Positions 55,501-64,000 of a DNA stretch of 64,000 nt are shown here, piece by piece (position 1 is the stretch's first letter; every line of letters begins with the position of its first letter). A model generated the notes under the pieces. That model was not told the DNA's origin. It did no database searches and saw nothing but the letters and a program-made list of their open reading frames with translations. Source of the stretch: Bugula neritina (lineage: Eukaryota; Animalia; Bryozoa); contig OZ037765.1 of NCBI GenBank assembly GCA_964035545.1, positions 5,528,698-5,592,697 of the forward strand, read 5' to 3'. The translations under genes were made by a program, and so were the position numbers.

Positions 55501-58500
55501 GGGAGATAATGCTAGCACAATACTCAGTGCAGAGAGAGTCAATGTACACGATAGATATACACCGTTATAGTCTGAGAGAATAGTCTCCAGAGCGTGCATT
55601 TACCTGCCAACAGTGTGGTAGTCTGTAACCCTTCAATTAACAGAAGTTAAATGAAAATCACAAACATAAAATCAGCCAAGCAAAATGCAGAGAAAATGGG
55701 GTTAAGATTAGAAATTATAGCCTAAAAGGTAAAGACTGTGTTGCATATAGAGCAGGGTGGTGAACAGCATTGTAATTACTTGTGAGATTATACCTGACTG
55801 CTAGATGGTCAAAATCACGAAGATACAAGGTTCGAGAGTCGTGTGAGAGATAAATGGTGTCTAAGTCCCAAATGATCTCTTCAACCAGACTGCACCCATA
55901 CAGGTCGCATACACACGCGTACATCCTGGTGAATCCGGAACATGCTGAGTGATCGTTGACTACGATAGCATCCAGTTGCTTAGTCAGCGTCGTCATTCTT
56001 TCACCGGGAGTCAAGTCTATCTTCGGAATTAGACTCCTGGAATACATATACCACAGTAAGAACACAGCCAGTGTCCACAGTACAACTCCAAACATGCATG
56101 TCACTAATAAAGTAGTTTGCTCTGTGAAAACTACACTGCGGGGCAATAAAACTTTATGTTTCCTGTTAAAAATGAAAATATGTTTCGTTGATAATCACGC
56201 TGTTTGGTGTTCAGAGATATAAATATTGAGTCAGAAGAAGGAAAACAGACCATATCAAACATTACATGAATAAAGTTAACTTTTGTTCCAAATATCAATT
56301 AAAAGCTAAATTTGATTTCCGGCTACCAAGTTGCTTAGGAAGCTGTAGAATATTCACTATGGTCCAGCTGGTACCAAAACATATGCACAGAAATAGAAGG
56401 TGTATTTAGAGTTGTGGCACACAAATAAACACTTGACACAGTCACAAACTTTAATTTACCAAAATGGTAAATTTAAACACCATTCTACACCAATTTGAAC
56501 TGCAATACTATATTGAAACATGCCTTCTATAGCTTTGACTTGTTTCTAAAGAAAGAAAAATTGATATAGTTTGCAAGTGTAAACCACAAGGTATATATGG
56601 GTAACATACTCCAAAGAGAGTAGAGGGAAAGTACTCTTTAACTGTGTGCCTATTTCTAGCAGAATCTCTTCAACTTCCTCTCCTTTTGTAGCTGAGAGCA
56701 GGCGAATCTGTTTGCTGTCTCCATAACTAATTCTTAGCTGAAATAAAAAATGCATATAAATTATATAGATCACATTCTATAGATGCTATTATACAGTATA
56801 CAGTAATACAGTGCCTGTTAAATAATGGTTTAAAGATTTTCTAGTTAGTTTAAATTATCCACCCCTGTGAGAACCCCTAATGACAAGGATTTTAAAGCGG
56901 ACTATAGACTGTGTCCCCCACCATGGCTTGTGGGTTTTAGCTGTGACACAGAAGCAATTATGATCAGATGCTTTTCCTGACAACACTAATGACCTTGACC
57001 TAAACCCATATCCTGTGTCACACTGCACTCTGGCTACTACTCCCTAGAGATTTACTACATGTGTTTCTTCTGAATAGAGATATCATTAGGGAGCAGCCCA
57101 AGGTGTAGTGATTAGAGCGCTGACCCAGTAAACACTAAGTCAGTGGTTCAGTCCAAAGGACCAGTGGTGTGTTAGGAAGAGCATCCAGTCATATTTGCAC
57201 CTGTGCCGCATATGAATAAGTCTTTAGCCCATTAAAAACCCTTTCCATCAGGGGTTTTTCACAGGGATATAAACTATAAACTCTTGCGTGTAAATAGAGA
57301 TACCATTTCAAATTCTATTGTTCATCCAACAACTAAATATGACAGGAAATAGAGAGTGGGACTGAGAATGACTAAAATGAGACTGGAAATGGTGATACCA
57401 AATTATGCAATATTACTCATTAAATCCAATGACTAATAGATATTCCTGTTATCTCCATAATGAATGATCCCTGCAATATAATACTCATGAAATCACGGAT
57501 TTTGATATTGAATGCATAATTTAGACCTTTTCTTTGACTGCTCATCATGACCCTCCACTATTGGTTACGTTTTTACTCACAAGGCACTGTGATGATCTTA
57601 ATTGTTGGGAAAGTACAAAATATTACCCAATCTATTTACAGAAGATAATACACAAAAATAGCCAATATAAAGCAGCTACTATACACAAGAACATCCAATC
57701 ATAAAGCAGCTGATTAGACCTACAGTAGTTTGCCTTCAACACCCAGCTAGAACTCTAAGTCAAGTAAATTTGCTGTTTAAATGAAAGATATAGTTTTATG
57801 TCGGTTGATTGTAGTGTGAATAGGCTACGAGGAGTGTGGAACCACTTTACCAACAATAAAACATTATTTACCCCTTTGATATACAAACCTAACTTGTATG
57901 CCATCATTCAAAGCTAACTAAATTTCTTTTTGAATGCATCATAAAAATAAGTTGATAAAACTGTGAGACTGAAGAAGGAAGTCGTGACAATGCAGCCTAA
58001 AGAAATTAAGAGTAAAGCACAAGAGTGTTATAACAGGTGAAGCAGTAGCCTGCATGTAAATTTGACAGCGTCAAATGCTGCCTTATCAGTGTCCAGAGTC
58101 AGCAGACAACCCACATTCCAAGCCAATAGGTATAAATTAAACACTGGTGAAGTTGTACAGTAAACTAGATTACATTGCTTGTAGTAATTGTAACCCTCGT
58201 GGCAATTAAACTGTAGTTATATACTGATTAGTTACACTGTATGTAGTATTACACTGTATGTAGTATTACACTGTATATAGTGTTATATTGTATGTAGTAT
58301 TACACTGTATGTAGTACTACATACTGTATTATACAGTGTAATACAGTATGTAGTATTATACAGTGTAATACTACACTCTGTAGGATTACACTGTATAATA
58401 CTACAGTATGTAGTATTATACAGTGTAATATCAACTAACCTCTTGAGGAGTTTTGCTTTCCAGTGATTTAATATCCAAGTAGTGGAAACTGTATTCCAAC

Positions 58501-61500
58501 TAAAATATAAAATGGGCACACAGTATAGTATTTGGCATAAAATAGTATATAGCATAACATAATATAGTATATAACATAACATAATATAGTATATAACATA
58601 ACATAATATAGTATATAACATAGCATAATAGAGTATATAGAATAACACAATAGAGTATATAGCATAACATAATAGAGTATATAACATGTAATAGCAGCAT
58701 GTATAGCACTGAGATTATAAAGCAATCTATGATGCCATATTACTTTTTAACTAAAATGTGTTCAACTAGGAAGTGTGACAAAGGTAGGGACAGCTGCTAA
58801 GTAGGCCATAAAACAGATTATAATAGATTAAAATTACGTAAGTAATAGATAATGCCTAACAATAGACATCTTGACTAGAACAACTAACTGTACAGATTAT
58901 GAGGCAGCTGAATAGGGCAAGAGAGGGAGGGCGTGTTGAGATGTGTTAGGGTGAGTCTAGACTCATTGTTTGTGATATGGCTTATGAGATAATGATGTTT
59001 TAGTGTTGCTGTATCTATGATATTGGAATTATGCTACCTGGTCTAGAGCATGGATGAACTCACTGATTTTTAAAAATCCTACTGTGCGTTATAATTTTTT
59101 TTAAAAGCACACAAAAATCAGAATCGTTTAGTGATTTTGAGTTTAACTATTATATAAATTTTTCAATTTGTTTTGAGAATCAGAGCTTACTTATCCAACC
59201 CTATATTCTACTACTCAGTTAAACAAGCTCAAAGGGCACAAACTATTCTGCACTAATAGTAGTTTAGAAATACTCATGATATCACTGTACAGTGCCGAGC
59301 TTTTTCTGGCTATTGAATAGTCCAATAAAGAAATGATGTAAACATAAAAATCAATGACTCATTGGGCCTCATCCATTTGACTAAGAGATAATGAAATGAT
59401 TGCATAGTTAGTAGTTAGTGCTAGTAATTGCCCATCACAGCCACTAGGTCACTGTACATAACACAGATAGCCACTTATTTATATCTAGTAAGAAAAATAT
59501 TTCCAGTGTCAAAACCTTCTAATGAAGAGGTTCAGAATTTAAATCTGATGAAATAACAGGCTGTGTATTACAGGTTATACTGCACTATATGCAATAGCAG
59601 GTAGGCAAAGGCAAATATTGCCACAAGTGAAATATCTGCATATTCTTTCCAGATATATATTGAAGCAAATCAGCCTAATAAACTGTAAAGCAAAGAGAGC
59701 ACTAACTGAATACTAGATAAGATGATAAGCAAAACTAGTGCAAATATTCCTTATAGAATGAAATCTGTTTACAAAGATATATAGCCAGCCCAGTGAAATT
59801 GGTGCTGATAATCAGCAATAGGTTAACAGAACGCAAGCAAACTGCTGCAGGGTAGAAATTCAAGATAAGGTGGTTTAGATATAAAATTATGATAAAATAT
59901 CATAAAATTCTAACCAAAGTCTAAACCAAATTTCAAAAAGGTAGAAAAGGAACTTGGGATATTAAAATTCTTCAGTGCTGCAGCTACAAAAGTGACGTTT
60001 AGAATTTAGATAGTTAGTTTTGTTTGGATAGTTTAGTTAGTACTACTGAGTGCTACTGACACTCAGTGAGTACTACTGACAAACAGTGAGTACTATTGAC
60101 AGTGAGTATTGCTGACAGTGAGTACTACTAACACAAGTAACCACAGATTTTTCAATGCAGCCAGCAGCCATATGGGGCATTCAAATTCTAGAACTCTGCA
60201 AAGAGTATTTAGCTGAGACTAGTTTTCTCAGCAAGAAATGATGTTTAAAATTAGTTCAGCTAATCAATGACCCCCACCTCATCCCCTTTCCTAAAAACTA
60301 AATTTCTTAAGCTATATTGACAATGAAATTGCAATTCTTTTTAATAAAAAGAAAGAGAAGTCTAGCACATTTTAGGTAATATATCAAATCAGAAGATCAA
60401 AATGACACACTATGAGTCTAGTGCATGCACTGTGTAAACAACATGTAATATGATACAAACCTTTGATGGGTTCTTGTTGCTAAATATCATAAACCTGTGT
60501 CCATGTTGTGGCAGCACCTAAAACCAAAATACCAGTAGGACAGAATAGAAATGGCTCCATAATATTGAGTATTTACTTTGATGAACTATCAGCTACATTA
60601 TATCAACTTAGTAAGCTAATAAGTGAGTTTCTTTAAAGTCACAATCCCAGTGTGAATCCCATGATAAGAGCTTTTGATAACTATGAACTTTCATTTGCTT
60701 TAAATAATCTAGCTTAAGGGCCTTAAAGGAATATAAGGAATGTTTTGCATATGTGTTCTTCCTCACATTATCAACTTGTAGTAGGCCTTTAACCACCAGT
60801 GCATGACATTCGTGACATGCTGGAAAAGTGCCCTTTATCCCTTCGAGCCCTGACTGCTCTCTATTTAGTAACTCAATACAACACAAAAATAGTTCTAGGA
60901 TTGAAATTTAAAATATAGAATTAAAGATAGCTATGCCCTAAAACAGCACAGCTGAAATAGTTGCATTTTTTAACACCTTTCCTTTGTTTTTCAATGTGAG
61001 TTTAAAATGAACTTACCACAACCTTGGGTTCACATTTGTCTACTTTGACTTCAAAGCTCAGCAGTTTGATAAAAGCGACGTTGAACTTTTTCTTAGTCTG
61101 ATTCACTATGCTAACTGTAAACAACAACATGGCTAATTGTTATGAAAAGTAGGAAATAATTAGTCTGAATATAACTCAGCTCTCTCAGTAGTACATACAG
61201 TCTTGATGCTCTTTCAATTCCCATCTTACTCTTCACAGAGCAGAATCCAAAACTATTTATCATACAGTCGACAGTTTTTTTTTTCAATTACAAAACAGGT
61301 GACAGAAACAAACAATTGCATTAGTGAAATTATTTTTTCAAAAGTAACAACATGGATTTTGTAAGATGATTACTAAAACAAGCGGAGTATTTCACCAACT
61401 TTCAACAGTTTTGATGTGTAAAAAGCAATTATGACAAATAAAGACGTTAGTTGTGATAATTTCAGTAGAGAAACATCGTTTACACAACAAGTTTATGCGA

Positions 61501-61630
61501 AAAGCAATATCTTTGATTGAAGGTTTGTATTAATTAAAACTTGCAAGTTTACGGTATAGACTATAGACTTTAGAGTATAGAGTATAGACATTTTAAATTT
61601 ACCTTCAACATCCTGTTGAAGCAAAGCCAT
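31576..61630 (-). CDS. CARMIL: CARMIL / LRRC16 family F-actin-uncapping protein (PH, linker, LRRs, helical dimerisation domain, CPI motif, basic/hydrophobic motif, Pro-rich tail); ~38 coding exons, ~1816 aa
   Basis: Exons (GT-AG, phases consistent): 61603-61630, 61017-61114, 60461-60517, 58440-58499, 56610-56737, 55794-56036, 53346-53421, 52817-52905, 52476-52570, 51852-52042, 51507-51584, 51186-51373, 50571-50722, 50044-50143, 49690-49744, 49134-49375, 48728-48821, 48224-48322, 47515-47640, 46832-47011, 46240-46449, 45769-45870, 45129-45210, 44701-44727, 43153-43209, 41941-42504, 39529-39603, 38132-38447, 37646-37723, 36880-36900, 35650-35816, 35050-35145, 34579-34688, 33784-34111, 33195-33692, 32749-32850, 32223-32404, 31576-31632. 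Signatures: CSGFTRMYACVCDLYG...EEIIWDLDTIYLSHDSR, LYNFLAQPN, KQFFSS, INALGSN..L..LDISGN..GDIGAKMLAKAL, YRLQQG, CPI LVHLAKDRPK, GGLLAEM. Tail exons are less certain than the N-terminal ones. Confidence 0.93.
32011..32137. mobile_element. ~127-bp internally deleted relative of the 7170-7910 MITE
   Basis: CACTGCGTTTCCA...TGGAAACGCAG ends; internal GGAAACAGTTTCATCGAA matches GGAAACAGTTGCATCGAA at ~7222. Confidence 0.7.
37318..37612. repeat. Degenerate ~33-bp minisatellite (TAGTAATACACTACACAGTGTAGTTATACACCC-like)
   Basis: About nine diverged tandem units visible. Confidence 0.85.
47300..47466. repeat. Short tandem repeat (TTGTTATGTCATGTCAC-like)
   Basis: Directly visible. Confidence 0.8.
47747..48147. 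mobile_element. ~400-bp MITE with ~55-bp imperfect TIRs
   Basis: AATAGACCCTTTTCAGAGGTCCC...GGGACCTCTGAAAAGGGTCTATT; can be read as AT|AGACC...GGTCT|AT (ISL2EU-like, inference). Confidence 0.85.
48471..48685. repeat. 34-bp minisatellite, ~6 copies
   Basis: Unit ACACATGGTACAGTGTATACACATGTCTGTATTA, head to tail with no spacers. Confidence 0.95.
52195..52403. mobile_element. ~210-bp Tigger/pogo-like MITE
   Basis: TAGTGCTCCCTCC...GGAGGGAACACTG|TA inverted ends. Confidence 0.6.
53970..54150. repeat. Degenerate AATGAGTCATAAG-type tandem repeat
   Basis: Directly visible. Confidence 0.8.
56866..57040 (-). mobile_element. Diverged copy of the tRNA-derived SINE
   Basis: Minus strand GTGTTGTCAGGAAAAGCATCTGATCATAATTGCTTCTGTGTCAC matches the SINE core. 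Confidence 0.55.
57089..57291 (+). mobile_element. tRNA-derived SINE, same family as 872-1076
   Basis: A box GGTGTAGTGATTAG, partial B box GGTTCAGTCC, core GTGTTAGGAAGAGCATCCAGTCA...CATATGAATAAG, 3' CTATAAACTC. Confidence 0.75.
58208..58700. repeat. Low-complexity tandem repeats on both sides of CARMIL exon 58440-58499
   Basis: GTAGTATTACACTGTAT units (58208-58432, changing orientation midway) and ATAACATAATATAGTATAT-type units (58520-58700). Confidence 0.85.
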
Positions 61631-64000
61631 GGTGTCTCTAGCTCAAATAATGATATTGTAAGGGTGCATGGGAATAAAACATTAGTCTTTATATCAATAT
61701 CTTCTGAAAAAATGCATAGATGTGCTAAAATAAACAGTAGAATATTATTACAGGCCCCAAGAAGCCAACAAAGCTAGTCAAATGTTATATTCCTTGCCCA
61801 CATTTACTGGTTACTTATATCAACATTAGGATACTCAATGAAGCTCACTGTTTCAACACAAAACTTTTCCTAGCCAGCAAAACCCAATAGCAGTATAATG
61901 TGGTTTATAGTATATAAGCTACTAGCTAACTAGAAGTCATTAAAGAATGACAGGAGCTTCTTTACCAGCGTTAATCACTAATAGTAAAAAGTACAAGTAA
62001 AAGCTTGCAGGTAAAAATTATTTAACAATACTTGCTAACTACCAAAAGAATGAACTTAAAGCTTTGAAACATGGCAAGCAGTGTTCCAAAGAAAGTTTTT
62101 TAGTTTATTTATTAAATACTAGGAAGAGTAAAGCAGCCATCATGTTTTCTTGTTTACTCTAAAACCAAAAAAATAAAAATGTTAAAACATGCATTAAAAC
62201 TAGTTTCATTTTGTCAATGATATTGAAAAATTTACTACTCTTTATTGTGGTTTTTTGTTATGAAACTAATATATTTTTCAATTTATATCAACAGTATTGC
62301 TATGTTGATTTGCACCCTAAATTTAGTGGACTCTTATATTCCAGCACCAATAATGTTAACAAAAAATCATTCAAAGAGCATAAATATTTTTAATAAAATT
62401 AAATTTCTAACAAATAATTGATGACAGTATCAATATAGCTGACTATATAATGTCTAATGCAAGTAACTTGCAGAATTTCACTACATATATTGTGACATTT
62501 TAGTGCCATTTCCTTCATAATAAATGATAATCAATAACAACATATATATGGCAATGCAAATATTCATCATAATCAGTAAACCTAATCCATACGCTATCTA
62601 ATAAAGCACAATCAAGAATTTTGGAGCATTGCATTGACAAAAATATTTTGTAAATAAAATATTCATTTTAATGATTTTAGATAAAACTAAACATTTTGCA
62701 GCTTTATAAACATGATTATCTATCAATATAGCCATGTTTAATAGCACTTGATTCATATTGATAATGATACTAGAGGTGGTGGCAAAATTAAAGAACATTT
62801 AGCACATAAAATCAGTTACAAAGACAGTCTGACAGCTTACTAATATTATTCAAGACTAAAGTTAATAACTTCAGAGAGACATTAGGACTGGAAGCAATAA
62901 TCTATAGCCATAATAAAAATTGCCAATATTTTGCTGTTGGTAGTAGGGGTGTAACATTAGCAGTAGTAATTTTTACAGCTATAAAATTTAAGTGCAAGTT
63001 TGAGTAACACGGCTTTATATTTACACTAGTAAATATAATTAATAATAGTTATTGTATTAATTATTTGTATTAGTATAACTGTAAGACTGAGTGTTAAACT
63101 TTAATTATCAGCTTGGCTTTAATATGTAATTTTGAATCTAAGTAGTGCTTTTCAAATCTTCAAGTCAATAGACTGAATAGCCTATAGCAGTTATACTAAA
63201 ATTATATGCATTGCGGTGTCATAATCACTAGGTCTAGTGCTAGTGGTATTAGTATAACTATAAATATAGACTAAAATATTAATATTATAATTAATCATAA
63301 CCATACTGATAATCTTAATCAGATAATCATAATAATAATGAATATCAATATGATAACCTATTTGAGTTTTGACTATTAGCATTACTATTACTTTTAGTTA
63401 TTACTATTAGTATTAGCACTACTAGTACTACTAGTATAAGTATAAGTATAAAATTAAAATTATGTATAACTATTACTATAAGTATAAGTATAGGTAAAAT
63501 TAAATGTAATAAAGTATAACTATAACATTAATTTTAACATTATCATTATCATTATGATTATAAACATAAACAAAGTGAAAGTATACTGTATAAGGTATTA
63601 GCATCATCAAAGTATTAACAAAACAATTTTGTAAATCGAGAGGTGCAATAAGTAAAACATAAATTTAAAAGTAAAATAATTGATTGTGATAATTGCAATA
63701 AATATAATAATTATAAATCATAACGCCGAGATTTAGAGACAAAAGGCTATGACTGTTGAGTGTTGTATACGGAAGTTACCAGTAGGCCTTTTTCTACATT
63801 TAGTACGAGGTCCTAAAAAACCTTCTGTGCTTGTACTACGTATGGTTACAAAATCAGTACATGTGGAGTAACCAGGACTATGCAGAACTAGGCAAATTGT
63901 GCCTTTTCAGAAAAAAATAGCTGACGATCTTAAAACGAAATATACATGTATGACTAGTTATTTCTACCAGGCACCCAACTTTTGGTGAAACTTTTATTCT

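Noticed and set aside
61640-64000. CARMIL promoter or non-coding first exon
   Set aside because: An acceptor-like TAG precedes the ATG exon, but no upstream exon or core promoter can be supported from this AT-rich sequence.

Overview
AT-rich, intron-containing animal DNA (probably a marine invertebrate; species not determinable by eye). There are two host genes, both on the minus strand: (1) an 11-exon secreted GH9 endo-beta-1,4-glucanase (cellulase) with a divergent CBM2-like N-terminal module (660..18046, ~585 aa) and (2) a ~38-exon CARMIL/LRRC16 actin capping-protein regulator (31576..61630, ~1800 aa). Intron 1 of the cellulase (12.3 kb) holds a nest of elements: a ~1 kb (GT)n array and a Penelope-like RT/GIY-YIG element, which is interrupted by a MITE and by a young full-length Ty3/Gypsy LTR retrotransposon (8236..15661). 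The Gypsy element is the most unusual item. Its Gag CCHC knuckle has lost all four ligands, it has a G_UUA_AAC -1 frameshift signal with a stem/pseudoknot, and in the env position it has an intact extra ORF built like a transcription factor (acidic N-terminus, C2H2-type fingers, NLS, leucine zipper), while its LTRs carry a perfect 10+10 bp palindrome. Upstream of the cellulase is a 1.2-kb tandem duplication whose two copies were split by a 5.2-kb IS3EU-like element (~530-bp TIRs, 6-bp TSD) and by a TA-flanked MITE; an L2/CR1-group LINE follows. SINEs, small MITEs and minisatellites are scattered in introns. All exon structures and family assignments were made by eye and need alignment or RNA-seq confirmation.
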